Assembly (NCBI GenBank): GCA_045565415.1
Contig: JBJLFK010000033.1
Span: 5,044 to 69,043, forward strand
DNA: 64,000 nt
From: Alphaproteobacteria bacterium
GTDB taxonomy: Bacteria; Pseudomonadota; Alphaproteobacteria; MED-G09
Direction of reading: 5' to 3'
Shown here: positions 1-10,419 of the stretch, piece after piece
Numbering within the stretch: the stretch's first letter is position 1
Layout of the letters: every line of letters begins with the position of its first letter
Notes under the pieces: generated by a model
Seen by the model: the letters and a program-made list of their open reading frames with translations, nothing else
Told to the model about the DNA's origin: nothing
Database searches by the model: none
Position numbers and translations under genes: made by a program

Positions 1-103
1 TACCTCTTGCAATTTCTACTAATATTATTGATCCATCTGGCATAGCGATCGGGCCTTCTGGAAACATTAAATCGTTTGTGATCTCTATGTATTCTTTCTT
101 CAT
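1..103 (-). CDS. Partial CDS (N-terminus only; the gene runs off the window start). Translation MKKEYIEITNDLMFPEGPIAMPDGSIILVEIARG... resembles the SMP-30/gluconolactonase/LRE family
   Basis: Reverse-complement of 1-103 gives an ATG-initiated open frame with an FPEGP motif; it is truncated by the window edge and absent from the ORF track. Confidence 0.35.
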   Translation of the reverse strand, partial: MKKEYIEITNDLMFPEGPIAMPDGSIILVEIARG

Positions 104-115
104 AAGAATATCTTA

Positions 116-619
116 TTAAATTTTTTCGTAAATTACCATCGAATGATAAGCATCGTCTTCCGGTTCTTTTGATTTTTCTTCGCGTTTTACTTCTTTAAAT
201 TTTGAGCTATCTATTTTGGGGAAAAAAGCATCACCTTCGACTTCTATATCAACTTCGGTTATATATAATCGGTCAGATACAGTTATGAATTCATTATAAA
301 TATAACCACCGCCTATAATCATTATTTCATCTGCACCATTTTCTTTAGCTCTTTGTTTTGCAATCGTAATAGCTTCCTCAGGTGATGAGGTTAGTATTGC
401 ACCCTCCAAATTAAGATTTTTATTTCTAGAGATAACAATATTGTCTCTGTTAGGAAGAGGCCTTCCAATTGAATCCCATGTTTTTCTTCCCATTATTATA
501 GGCTTGTAAGATGTAATTTCTCTAAATTTTTTTAAATCAGAAGGTATATTCCATGGAAGATCGCCATCAGCGCCAATAACACCATTCTTATCAATTGCTG
601 CAATTAAACTAATAATCAT
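116..619 (-). CDS. folA: Dihydrofolate reductase
   Basis: The protein from the internal Met (MIISLIAAIDKNGVIGADGDLPW...IMGRKTWDSIGRPLPNR) is canonical DHFR. The track ORF is extended upstream through low-complexity residues. The internal ATG at 617-619 lies 2 nt after the thyA stop, which fits a thyA-folA operon. Confidence 0.9.
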   Translation of the reverse strand: MIISLIAAIDKNGVIGADGDLPWNIPSDLKKFREITSYKPIIMGRKTWDSIGRPLPNRDNIVISRNKNLNLEGAILTSSPEEAITIAKQRAKENGADEIMIIGGGYIYNEFITVSDRLYITEVDIEVEGDAFFPKIDSSKFKEVKREEKSKEPEDDAYHSMVIYEKI

Positions 620-623
620 CTTA

Positions 624-1418
624 CTAAACTGCAACTGGAGCAGCAATATGAGGATGCGGATCATAATCCTCAAGAACAAAATCCTCATACTCAAAATCAA
701 AAATTGTTTTTGGATTAGAGGTTATTTTCATTTTTGGTAATGATTTAGGGGATCTTGCTAACTGCTCTTCAGCTTGAGAAAAGTGATTTGAATATAAATG
801 CGCATCACCAAAAGTATGGACAAATTCTCCAAGATTTAATTTTGTAACTTTTGCTATCATCATAGTTAAAAGCGCATAAGAAGCGATATTAAATGGTACA
901 CCTAGAAAAATATCAGCAGATCTTTGATAGAGTTGACAAGATAATTTTCCATTGCTGACATAGAATTGAAAAAGACAATGGCATGGTGGTAAAGCCATTT
1001 TCTCAACGTCCGTTGGATTCCAAGCTGAGACAATTAATCTTCTGGAGTCAGGGTTATTTTCTATTTGCTCTAAAAGTTGAGTAATTTGATCGATCTTTCC
1101 CCCATCATCTGAAGGCCAAGATCTCCATTGATGACCATAAACAGGTCCCAATTCTCCGTTACTATCAGCCCATTCATCCCATATTCTTACACCATTTTCT
1201 TTTAGATATTTTATATTTGTTTCACCTTTCAAAAACCATAAAAGCTCATATATTATTGATTTCAAATGTACTTTTTTTGTTGTTAATAATGGAAAATTAT
1301 CAGCTAGATCAAATCTCATTTGATGACCAAACACTGATCTTGTTCCCGTTCCAGTTCTATCAGATTTTTCTTCACCATTATCCATAACATGACGAAGAAG
1401 ATTTAAGTACTGTTGCAT
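624..1418 (-). CDS. thyA: Thymidylate synthase (ThyA type)
   Basis: 264 aa; the protein begins [11 protein letters not shown] and contains the catalytic-Cys motif [13 protein letters not shown] and the segment [13 protein letters not shown]. Confidence 0.95.
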   Translation of the reverse strand: MQQYLNLLRHVMDNGEEKSDRTGTGTRSVFGHQMRFDLADNFPLLTTKKVHLKSIIYELLWFLKGETNIKYLKENGVRIWDEWADSNGELGPVYGHQWRSWPSDDGGKIDQITQLLEQIENNPDSRRLIVSAWNPTDVEKMALPPCHCLFQFYVSNGKLSCQLYQRSADIFLGVPFNIASYALLTMMIAKVTKLNLGEFVHTFGDAHLYSNHFSQAEEQLARSPKSLPKMKITSNPKTIFDFEYEDFVLEDYDPHPHIAAPVAV

Positions 1419-1544
1419 AAATTACTCCACGACTCACATTCTATTTTAAACAAGTTATTTGACACTTCAAATTTTAATTGATCCGGTATATAACTAATTT
1501 GCTGTTTACAGCTATGGCAATAAACGGATTATGTAATAAACTTA

Positions 1545-1797
1545 TCGGACCCGGGGGCGGTACCCGGCACCTCCACCATAAATATGGGGGTGAAATAGGA
1601 TCGACGAAAGTGTAAAGATTCTCTTTTTGCTCGGCATTGTACCGCCGTTATCGGGCTATTTTATAGTTGCAAATAACGACTATGCTGAGTTACCTCTCGC
1701 TGCTTAAGCGCGAGCGCTCAAATTAACTCCTAATTAGTTGCATAATTAGGCGGGGCTTGAGAAGCGCCTGGCAACAGAAGCTTCTCGCTAATTTTAT
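1545..1797 (+). ncRNA. ssrA: tmRNA (ssrA), permuted two-piece type typical of Alphaproteobacteria
   Basis: A GC-rich island in an AT-rich genome. An acceptor piece with a T-arm-like hairpin (ccggg-ggcggta-cccgg) and 3' ...cacctccaCCA ends near 1578. A coding piece begins gggggtg, which pairs with cacctcc. The in-frame tag ORF gca aat aac gac tat gct gag tta cct ctc gct gct TAA (about 1669-1707) encodes ANNDYAELPLAA*. A terminal hairpin gagaagc...gcttctc follows. Confidence 0.75.
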
Positions 1798-1857
1798 AAA
1801 AATTAAATTTTCCTCTAAAAAAGAGTCAGCTATAATGAATTTTTTTCAGGAGTTATT

Positions 1858-3249
1858 TTGGTAAAAAACAGAAAAGAATCTGACTCTTTTGGTTATATAA
1901 ATGTTCCAGCCAATGCATATTGGGGAGCTCAAACCCAGAGATCATTAAAAAACTTTGATATAGGTAATGAAGTTATACCAACTTCAATCATAAAGAGTTT
2001 AGGTGTTATCAAACTTGCGGCTGCAAAAGTTAATTACTCACAAGGTAAACTTGATAGAAAAATTAGCAATGCAATTGTGAAAGCCTCAAAAGAAGTTATC
2101 TCTGGAAAATTAAATGATCATTTCCCTTTATCTGTATGGCAAACTGGATCGGGCACTCAATCAAATATGAATGCTAATGAAGTTATTTCAAATCGTGCTA
2201 TTGAATTACTAGGTGGAAAAAAAGGGTCAAAAACACCAGTTCATCCAAATGATCACTGTAATATGTCTCAATCATCAAATGATACTTTCCCAACAGCAAT
2301 GCATATTGCATGTGCATTAGATACTAAAGAAAAATTACTTCCGTCTCTTAAAAAACTTGCCGATATCCTAAAAAATAAATCAGAAGAATTTAAGGATACA
2401 GTAAAAATAGGAAGAACTCATTTACAAGATGCTACGCCTGTTACTCTCGGACAAGAGTTCTCTGGTTATTATACTCAAGTGGAAAAAGGGATCGAGCGTG
2501 TTAATAAATCTTTAAAAGATTTAATGTATCTCGCACAAGGTGGAACAGCTGTAGGAACTGGTATAAATTCAAAAAAAGGGTTTGATAAAAAATTTGCAAG
2601 AGAATGCAGTGTATTTCTAAAAATGAAATTTGAAACTGCTGATAATAAGTTTGAAGCTTTAGCAACTCATGATGCAATAGTTGAATTTTCTGGATCTTTA
2701 AATACATTATCATCATCATTATTTAAAATTGCTAACGATATTCGTCTTTTGGGCTCTGGTCCTAGAGCTGGTCTTGGCGAAATACAATTGCCTGAAAATG
2801 AACCCGGCTCTTCAATAATGCCTGGTAAAGTTAATCCTACTCAATGTGAGGCTATGACTATGTTGTGTGTTCAAGTGATGGGAAACCATTCAGCAATAAC
2901 AATAGGTGGAAGTCAGGGTCATTTTGAATTAAATGTTTATAAACCTATGATTGCCTATAATATTTTACAGTCGATCAAATTATTATCGGATGGCTGTAAT
3001 AGTTTCGTTAAAAATTGTGTTTCAGGAATTAAGTTAAATAAAAAAATGATTAATCAACACCTTAATAATTCTTTGATGTTAGTTACTGCATTAGCGCCAG
3101 TAATTGGTTATGATAAAGCTGCTGAAATAGCAAAAAAAGCACATAAAAATGGTACAACCCTCAAGGAAGAGGCAATAAAGTTAAAATATATCTCTGAAAA
3201 GGAATACGACAAGATAGTCCGTCCTGAAAAAATGATTAAGCCATCTTAA
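1858..3249 (+). CDS. fumC: Fumarate hydratase class II
   Basis: 463 aa with an aspartase/fumarase signature ([24 protein letters not shown]). It has a TTG start with an AGGAG Shine-Dalgarno sequence 5-9 nt upstream. Confidence 0.95.
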   Translation: MVKNRKESDSFGYINVPANAYWGAQTQRSLKNFDIGNEVIPTSIIKSLGVIKLAAAKVNYSQGKLDRKISNAIVKASKEVISGKLNDHFPLSVWQTGSGTQSNMNANEVISNRAIELLGGKKGSKTPVHPNDHCNMSQSSNDTFPTAMHIACALDTKEKLLPSLKKLADILKNKSEEFKDTVKIGRTHLQDATPVTLGQEFSGYYTQVEKGIERVNKSLKDLMYLAQGGTAVGTGINSKKGFDKKFARECSVFLKMKFETADNKFEALATHDAIVEFSGSLNTLSSSLFKIANDIRLLGSGPRAGLGEIQLPENEPGSSIMPGKVNPTQCEAMTMLCVQVMGNHSAITIGGSQGHFELNVYKPMIAYNILQSIKLLSDGCNSFVKNCVSGIKLNKKMINQHLNNSLMLVTALAPVIGYDKAAEIAKKAHKNGTTLKEEAIKLKYISEKEYDKIVRPEKMIKPS

Positions 3250-3250
3250 G

Positions 3251-3469
3251 ATGGTAAATCAGATTAAAAAGACTGTAAGGCTTAATGGTCATACAACTAG
3301 CCTTGCTCTAGAAAAAGAGTTCTGGGAAGAACTTAATATTATTGCAAATGATCAATCTTTATCGCTAAATAAATTAATTGAAAAAATAGACACAATTGAA
3401 AGAAAGGGAAGCTTGGCTTCATCGATAAGGGTTCATATATTAAATATACTAAAAGCTCGAAACCAATAA
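3251..3469 (+). CDS. Small ribbon-helix-helix-like protein (RHH_4-like), function unknown
   Basis: 72 aa (…TTSLALEKEFWEELNIIAND…SIRVHILN) tightly sandwiched between neighbours: its ATG is 2 nt after the fumC stop and its stop is 2 nt before the uvrD ATG. Confidence 0.55.
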   Translation: MVNQIKKTVRLNGHTTSLALEKEFWEELNIIANDQSLSLNKLIEKIDTIERKGSLASSIRVHILNILKARNQ

Positions 3470-3470
3470 A

Positions 3471-5705
3471 ATGACTAATAAAAACTTTGAAAATTCAGAA
3501 ATTTTTAAAAGGTTAAATGACCCTCAAAGGGAAGCCGTCTATCACACTGAAGGACCTATTTTAGTTTTAGCTGGAGCAGGTACTGGAAAAACGGGCGTTC
3601 TTACAACAAGATTAATAAGATTGTTAATAGAAAAAACAGCATTACCAGGTGAAATTCTATCAGTTACTTTTACAAATAAGGCTGCAAATGAGATGAAAGA
3701 AAGAATAACCAATCAAATTGGTGATTTATCTTCTGGATTAAAATGGTTAGGTACATTCCATTCAGTTGGTGCTCAAATATTAAGATTTCATCCCAATAAA
3801 GTAGGCTTAGAGAATGATTTTATTATTCTAGACACAGATGATCAAATCCGGCTTTTAAAGCAAATAATAAAAGATGAAAATATTGATGACAAAAGATGGC
3901 CAGCTAAACAATTACTTAACCTAATAGATAAATGGAAAAACAAAGGTTTGTATCCAGAAAGTATCTCAACTAAGGATGATGATTATTTTGCTAACGGTAA
4001 AGGTCATTTACTTTATAAAATTTATCAAGAGAGGTTAAAATATTTCAATGCAGTAGATTTTGGAGATTTGATTCTTGAATCAATCAGGTTATTTGAAAAT
4101 AACCCAGATATTCTAGAAAGCTACCAAAATAGGTTTAAATATATTTTAGTTGATGAATATCAAGATACAAATGTTTCTCAATACAAACTATTGAAGCTTT
4201 TAACTGGTAAGTATCAGAATATTTGTTGTGTAGGAGATGACGATCAATCAATTTATTCTTGGAGAGGAGCGGAAATATCAAATATTTTAAGGTTTGAAAA
4301 AGATTTTCCTAATGCAAAAACGATAAGGTTAGAAGAAAATTATAGATCTACAGGTCACATACTTACTGCGGCATCAAAATTGATTGAAAATAATGATTCA
4401 AGACTAGGAAAAACATTATGGACTAATTCTGGTGAAGGGGAAAAAATAACTGTTAAATCAAATTGGGATGGGGAAGAAGAAGCAAGGCAAATTACTTCAG
4501 AGCTAGAAAAACTATCTCTTAATAATCATAACCTAGATGAAACAGCTATCTTAGTAAGAGCTAGTTTCCAAATGCGAGAATTTGAAGATAGATTCATAGC
4601 AGTTGGACTTCCTTATAAAGTAATTGGAGGCCCAAGATTCTATGAAAGAAAAGAAATTAGAGATGTAAATGCATATTTGAGGCTTGCAACGCAACCTAAT
4701 GATAGTTTAGCATTAGAAAGAATTATTAATACTCCTAAAAGAGGTATCGGCGAAACTTCAGTTAAAAAAATTAGAGATCGTTCTAAAGAAAATAATTTAC
4801 CTTTAATAGAGTCTATAAAAGAATTAATTGAAGAAAAGTCTTTCAAAGGTAAAACGGCTGATTCCCTAGATAAACTGGTTAACCTTGTGTTTCACTGGAA
4901 CCAGTTAATAAAAGAAGAAGATAGGGTTGAAATAGCAGAAGTGATAATTGAAGATTCTGGCTATCTAGAAATGCTAAGAAATGATAAATCACTTACTGCT
5001 GAAGGTCGTGTAGAAAATATTTACGAATTATTTAGATCACTTGAACCATTCGAGAGCATAAAAGCATATTTAGAGCATATTTCTCTTGTCATGGAAATAG
5101 ATAGCAACCAACATGGTAAAAAGGTAAGTCTGATGACTCTCCATGCAGCTAAAGGCTTAGAATTTGATTATGTATTTCTACCGGGTTGGGAGGAAGGGGT
5201 ATTTCCAAATCAAAGAGCAATAGATGAAGGCGGATTAGATGCGCTTGAGGAAGAAAGAAGGTTAGCTTATGTGGGAGTTACCAGAGCTAAGAAAAAAGCA
5301 TCAATTTATTACGCCGCTAATCGAAGGATGCATAATCAATGGATCTCATCAATTCCATCTAGATTTGTAACAGAACTACCCGAAGATAATATTGAGACAG
5401 ATTTATCTAACTACGCAGGTGAAAAAGAGTTATTTAAAGAGCAAGAATATATTGACTTTGATCAATCAGATTACGAAACACCTGGTTGGGAAAGAGCTAG
5501 ATTTGAGTCAAAGTCTAAGATTATCGATAATAAAACTGCTGAAAATTATATTGTAAAAGACTCACCATTTGAATTAAATGAAAAAGTAACGCATAAAAAA
5601 TTTGGTAAGGGTAAAATTTTAAATATAGATGGAAAAAAACTGACAATTAGTTTTGGGTCAAACGGAACAAGAAAAGTTATGGAAAATTTTGTAGAAAAGT
5701 TATAA
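3471..5705 (+). CDS. uvrD: UvrD/Rep/PcrA-family ATP-dependent DNA helicase
   Basis: 744 aa with Walker A LAGAGTGKTGVL, the DEYQDTN motif and a UvrD C-terminal domain. Confidence 0.9.
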   Translation: MTNKNFENSEIFKRLNDPQREAVYHTEGPILVLAGAGTGKTGVLTTRLIRLLIEKTALPGEILSVTFTNKAANEMKERITNQIGDLSSGLKWLGTFHSVGAQILRFHPNKVGLENDFIILDTDDQIRLLKQIIKDENIDDKRWPAKQLLNLIDKWKNKGLYPESISTKDDDYFANGKGHLLYKIYQERLKYFNAVDFGDLILESIRLFENNPDILESYQNRFKYILVDEYQDTNVSQYKLLKLLTGKYQNICCVGDDDQSIYSWRGAEISNILRFEKDFPNAKTIRLEENYRSTGHILTAASKLIENNDSRLGKTLWTNSGEGEKITVKSNWDGEEEARQITSELEKLSLNNHNLDETAILVRASFQMREFEDRFIAVGLPYKVIGGPRFYERKEIRDVNAYLRLATQPNDSLALERIINTPKRGIGETSVKKIRDRSKENNLPLIESIKELIEEKSFKGKTADSLDKLVNLVFHWNQLIKEEDRVEIAEVIIEDSGYLEMLRNDKSLTAEGRVENIYELFRSLEPFESIKAYLEHISLVMEIDSNQHGKKVSLMTLHAAKGLEFDYVFLPGWEEGVFPNQRAIDEGGLDALEEERRLAYVGVTRAKKKASIYYAANRRMHNQWISSIPSRFVTELPEDNIETDLSNYAGEKELFKEQEYIDFDQSDYETPGWERARFESKSKIIDNKTAENYIVKDSPFELNEKVTHKKFGKGKILNIDGKKLTISFGSNGTRKVMENFVEKL

Positions 5706-5709
5706 TTAA

Positions 5710-7491
5710 ATGATGAGTAATCAAAATAAATTAACTAATTTAAGATCTTTAATGAGTAAAAATAATATTGATGGTTATTTTTTGCCTCACGAAGATGAGT
5801 TTTTAAGTGAATATCTCCCTAAATATACAGAGAGACTTAAATGGCTAACAAATTTCTCTGGATCGGCAGGATTGGCTTTTATTGGAATTAAGAAAGCATC
5901 TTTATTTGTTGATGGCAGATATACAACTCAAGTAAAAGAGCAAACAAATAATAAAATATATAATTATGAGCACTTGATAAAGCCAGGATTCTTAGATTGG
6001 TTAAAAAACAATCCTTTTAAAGTTAAGAAAATAGGCCTAGATCCAAAAACCATATCTTACTCAAACTATCTAACATTAAAAAAAATCTCTATATCCCAAG
6101 AAATAGAATTAATAGAAACTAAAAATTTAATTGATCAATTGTGGAAAAGAAAAAGAAATAATAAATCATTAGTTAAGAAGCATGATATAGAGTTTTCAGG
6201 CACTGAATCAAAAACTAAAATTGATAAAATTATTAAATCTATGGTGAAAAATAGTGCGGATGCTATTTTTATTGCACAACCTGAAAATGTATGCTGGACC
6301 TTAAATATAAGAGGTAATGATCTTGACCATACTCCCATAGTTAGAAGCTGTTTATTAATTGATAAAAAAAGAAATATTACATTATTTTCAGATAATATAA
6401 GCAATACTTCAATTATTAAAAAATGGATTGGAAATAAAATTAAAATATTAGAAATAAGAAAAGTCGAAGAAATTATCAAAAATAAAAATTATAATAAAAT
6501 TCAGTTTGATCCAAATTATACAACTCAATCACAGGCAAATATTCTAATTAAGCACTCTAATTCATTTATATGTACCAATGATCCAATTACACTTATGAAA
6601 TCTTGCAAGAATAAAACTGAAGTAAATGGAGCAAGAAAAGCACACCTTATTGATGGAATTGCTTTAACAAAATTTATTTATTGGCTTGAAAATGAAATAG
6701 ACACTTATAAAGATAATTACTCTGAAATTAGTTTGGCACAAAAATTATTAAAGTTCAGAATGCTTCATAAAGATTTTAAGGGATTATCATTTGGAACAAT
6801 ATCTTCTTTAGGTTCAAATGGTGCTGTAATTCATTATCAACCTGAGAAAAAAACCAATAAAGATCTTAATGATAATGATATTTACCTTCTTGATTCAGGT
6901 GGTCAATATAAATATGGAACTACTGATGTTACAAGAACGATACTTAATAAAGGTGAAAAAAGATTAACAAATTTTGATGAAGTTTCTTATAATTATACGC
7001 TTGTGCTTAAAGGTCACATCGCTGTAGCGTCGTCACATTTTAAAAAAGGTGAAACTGGCAAGAATTTAGATTCTAAGGCAAGAAAATTTCTAATTGAAAA
7101 TGGATTAAATTATGATCATGGGACTGGACATGGTGTAGGAAGCTACCTTGGCGTTCACGAAGGTCCGCAAAGCATATCCCCTAAATCATCTGTTCCTCTG
7201 TTGGAAGGAATGATTATTTCAAATGAACCAGGCTTTTATAAACCTGGACATTATGGCATTCGCATAGAAAACCTTGTAACAGTTATTAAAAGTGATCAAA
7301 ATAATATGGATTTTTGTTTCGAAACTTTAACTCTAGCTCCAATTACAAAATCATTAATTAATTTAGATATAATGACCAAAAAAGAGATTGATTGGATAAA
7401 TAATTATCATAAAAAAGTTTATAAAAAATTATCGCCGCATCTAAATAAAAAAGAAAAGAATTGGTTAAAAATTGCTACTGAAGCAGTTTAA
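5710..7491 (+). CDS. pepP: Xaa-Pro aminopeptidase (M24 family, aminopeptidase P-like)
   Basis: 593 aa; the C-terminal pita-bread domain carries the metal ligands HGTGHGVGSYLGVHEGP and ISNEPGFY. Confidence 0.8.
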   Translation: MMSNQNKLTNLRSLMSKNNIDGYFLPHEDEFLSEYLPKYTERLKWLTNFSGSAGLAFIGIKKASLFVDGRYTTQVKEQTNNKIYNYEHLIKPGFLDWLKNNPFKVKKIGLDPKTISYSNYLTLKKISISQEIELIETKNLIDQLWKRKRNNKSLVKKHDIEFSGTESKTKIDKIIKSMVKNSADAIFIAQPENVCWTLNIRGNDLDHTPIVRSCLLIDKKRNITLFSDNISNTSIIKKWIGNKIKILEIRKVEEIIKNKNYNKIQFDPNYTTQSQANILIKHSNSFICTNDPITLMKSCKNKTEVNGARKAHLIDGIALTKFIYWLENEIDTYKDNYSEISLAQKLLKFRMLHKDFKGLSFGTISSLGSNGAVIHYQPEKKTNKDLNDNDIYLLDSGGQYKYGTTDVTRTILNKGEKRLTNFDEVSYNYTLVLKGHIAVASSHFKKGETGKNLDSKARKFLIENGLNYDHGTGHGVGSYLGVHEGPQSISPKSSVPLLEGMIISNEPGFYKPGHYGIRIENLVTVIKSDQNNMDFCFETLTLAPITKSLINLDIMTKKEIDWINNYHKKVYKKLSPHLNKKEKNWLKIATEAV

Positions 7492-9592
7492 ACATTTCAT
7501 TTTCGCTAATTATTTCTATTTCAAGACTATTTGCCTTATCTATCTTAGAATTTGTTGGTTTTTCACCAGTAATAAGATAATTCGTATTTTTTGAAATACT
7601 TGAAACAACCTTACCTCCTAAAGACTCAATACGAACTTTAGCCTCAGCTCTACTCATGCTTTCTAATGTACCAGTTAAAACAATTCTTTTACCTGATAGG
7701 ATGCTATCAGTCTCAATTTTTTCATAATCTTGAATAGATACTCCTATTTCAACTAAGTTATTTACTAAATTTAAGGTTTCTTTATTTTGGAAAAAATCTA
7801 TCAGAGCATTTACTACTTTATCTCCAATGCCATCAAGTGATCTTACCTCCTCAATTTCCTCAAGCTTCTTCAATTTAAAAACTGATACCATGTTATCAAA
7901 AGTAACAAAATGACTGGCTAGTAAGGATGCTGTTGAAGATCCTAAATGCCTAATTCCTAATGAATAAATAAAACGATCGAAGTTAATATTTTTTTTATCG
8001 TCGATCGCTTTAAAAAGTTTAATTGCGCTATCTTTGATAGTATTAATTTTAGATTTTGAGCCAGAAGAATAAATCCATATTTTAGGAGGATTTTGTCGAT
8101 AAGTCTGCTCGAGAGAAAAAATATCAGTTGGATCTCTAATAATTCCCATATCAAAATAGTCATTAATTTGCTTATCCCCTAACCCATCAATATCGAAACC
8201 CTCTTTAGATACAAAATGCTTTAGTCTTTCTTTAGCTTGCGAAGAACATGTAAAACCACCTGTACATCTAATATATTTTTCATAGGTTTTTACTCCTTTG
8301 TTTTCGGTTAGTATTTCTCTATATGCATATGATTTACAAACAGGACAATTCTTAGGTGTGTTTATTTCTTTGGTTTTCTTTTTTCTTTTTGATTTAATAA
8401 CTTCAATGACTTGAGGTATTACATCTCCGGCTCTTTGAACCCATACAGTATCTCCAATACGAATATCCTTTTTTTTAATGTCTTCATAATTATGTAGACT
8501 TGCATTTGAAACTAATGCACCCCCAATATTTACAGGTTTCAATCTAGCTACAGGAGTGAGAACACCCGTTCTTCCAACTTGAATTTGAACATCTATAATT
8601 TCTGAAATAGCTTTCTCAGCTGGAAATTTATGCGCTATAGCCCATCTAGGGTGATGACCGGTTGATTGAAGTCTTTCTCTCCAATCTATTCTGTTTAATT
8701 TATATACAATGCCATCAATATCGTAACCTAGATCAATTCTTTTATCTAAAAGACTATTGAAATATTTTTCTAAAGAATTTACTGAAGTATGTGTACTCGA
8801 CTCTGGATTAGTTATTAATCCTAAATCATTGAAATAACTTATTATATCGCTATGTTTATTAAAATTATTATCAGAAAATACGCCCCAACTAAATGCAAAA
8901 AATCTTAATGGTCTTTTTGATGTTTCTTTTGGATCTAATTGCTTTAATGAGCCTGCTGCGGCGTTTCTAGGATTCTTAAATATATCTTTACCGTCTTTTT
9001 TTTGTTTTTCATTAAGATCATTGAATTCATCGTGAGTTATATAAACTTCACCCCTTACCTCAAGTCGATCTGGAGCTAAATTTTTATTTAAAGATTTAGG
9101 TATATCAATTATTGTCTTTAAATTATCTGTAACATTTTCACCAAAAGCTCCATCACCCCTAGTTGCTCCTAAAATTAATTCACCTTTATCATATATAAGT
9201 GTTGCAGATAACCCGTCAATCTTTGGTTCTGCAATAAATTCTATTTCTTCCTTGTCCTCAAGAAGTAGGAAATTCTTTAACCCATCAACCCAATTGTTAA
9301 CCTCATCTATATTTTTAGCGTTTTGTATAGATAACATAGGAATCTTGTGTTGAACTTTGGCAAAACCTTCTAAAGGTTCTGATCCAACTAAATCTGTAGG
9401 TGAGTTATTTTTTTTAAGTTCAGGAAATTTTTTTTCAATTTCTATTGCTTTTCTTACTAGCTCATCATATTCAGCATCTGATATTGATGGATTATTATCC
9501 TGATGGTACCTTTTGTTGTGCTTAATTATCTGTTTATAAAGAGAATTTAATTTAGATTTATTATCATTTTCCGAAACATAAGATTTTCTCAT
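7475..9592 (-). CDS. ligA: NAD-dependent DNA ligase
   Basis: 705 aa with the adenylation motif KIDGLS, a 4-Cys zinc finger, helix-hairpin-helix repeats and a C-terminal BRCT domain. It overlaps convergent pepP by 17 nt. Confidence 0.95.
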   Translation of the reverse strand: MRKSYVSENDNKSKLNSLYKQIIKHNKRYHQDNNPSISDAEYDELVRKAIEIEKKFPELKKNNSPTDLVGSEPLEGFAKVQHKIPMLSIQNAKNIDEVNNWVDGLKNFLLLEDKEEIEFIAEPKIDGLSATLIYDKGELILGATRGDGAFGENVTDNLKTIIDIPKSLNKNLAPDRLEVRGEVYITHDEFNDLNEKQKKDGKDIFKNPRNAAAGSLKQLDPKETSKRPLRFFAFSWGVFSDNNFNKHSDIISYFNDLGLITNPESSTHTSVNSLEKYFNSLLDKRIDLGYDIDGIVYKLNRIDWRERLQSTGHHPRWAIAHKFPAEKAISEIIDVQIQVGRTGVLTPVARLKPVNIGGALVSNASLHNYEDIKKKDIRIGDTVWVQRAGDVIPQVIEVIKSKRKKKTKEINTPKNCPVCKSYAYREILTENKGVKTYEKYIRCTGGFTCSSQAKERLKHFVSKEGFDIDGLGDKQINDYFDMGIIRDPTDIFSLEQTYRQNPPKIWIYSSGSKSKINTIKDSAIKLFKAIDDKKNINFDRFIYSLGIRHLGSSTASLLASHFVTFDNMVSVFKLKKLEEIEEVRSLDGIGDKVVNALIDFFQNKETLNLVNNLVEIGVSIQDYEKIETDSILSGKRIVLTGTLESMSRAEAKVRIESLGGKVVSSISKNTNYLITGEKPTNSKIDKANSLEIEIISENEMFKLLQ

Positions 9593-9597
9593 TTCGC

Positions 9598-10368
9598 TTA
9601 CTGTAAAAAATCATTGATTAAATCATAAGTACTTTCATACCATTCACTATCAGGAAAGTTATAGCCTAATACTGCTGCGGTAGCTTTTGCTTCATTGATT
9701 AAGCCAAGTGAAATATATCCCTCAACTATTCTATGAAGGGCTTCTGGAGTATGACTAGTGTTCTGATACTCAGTTACAACATATCTAAACCTGTTAATAC
9801 CTGCTAGAAATGAGCTTTGTTTCATATAGTATCTGCCTATATACATTTCTTTTCCTGCTAAATGATCGCGAGTTAAATCAATTTTTAATTGAGCATCTTT
9901 AGCATAATCAGATTCTGGATAACGCCTCACTACCTCATTAAAGGAATTCAATGCTAAATCTGTTATTTTTTGATCTCGAGCAACATCTGAAATTCTTTCA
10001 TAGTAAGATTGACCAATTAAATAGTAAGCATAAACAGCATGTCTGTTGCCTGGGTGTAAAGATATAAATCTTTGAGCTGATGAAATAGCTTCATCATATT
10101 TATTTTGAAGATAATAAGTGTAAGCAGACATTAGCATTGAACGCCTTGCCCAAGGAGAATAAGGATGTTGTCTCTCAACTTCATCAAACTCGTATGATGC
10201 AGCCTGATATCTTCCGTTTTCCAGATGGTATACAGCGTTGTTATAAATAGCAGCTAAAGTCCTTTCACGGTATTCTGGCCTTTCACTATCACTTGCGCAT
10301 GCAGAAAGAAAAAACGCTAGAGCAACGGTCATTAAATTAACTCTATTTTTTTTGAACAAAAGTTTCAT
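9598..10368 (-). CDS. bamD: Outer-membrane protein assembly factor BamD (TPR lipoprotein)
   Basis: Signal peptide plus lipobox (FFLSAC) followed by TPR-like repeats. The true start may be the internal Met (MTVALAFF...). Confidence 0.7.
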   Translation of the reverse strand: MKLLFKKNRVNLMTVALAFFLSACASDSERPEYRERTLAAIYNNAVYHLENGRYQAASYEFDEVERQHPYSPWARRSMLMSAYTYYLQNKYDEAISSAQRFISLHPGNRHAVYAYYLIGQSYYERISDVARDQKITDLALNSFNEVVRRYPESDYAKDAQLKIDLTRDHLAGKEMYIGRYYMKQSSFLAGINRFRYVVTEYQNTSHTPEALHRIVEGYISLGLINEAKATAAVLGYNFPDSEWYESTYDLINDFLQ

Positions 10369-10419
10369 AAAATGATTATATTATTAAATTTATAAAAGAG
10401 CTACATGTTGGTTGAAAAA

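Noticed and set aside
1419-1544. TTGACA (1461-1466) as the tmRNA promoter -35 element
   Set aside because: No convincing -10 hexamer lies at 16-18 bp spacing (TTTTAAT or TAATTG fall at non-canonical distances), so it is mentioned only inside the tmRNA finding
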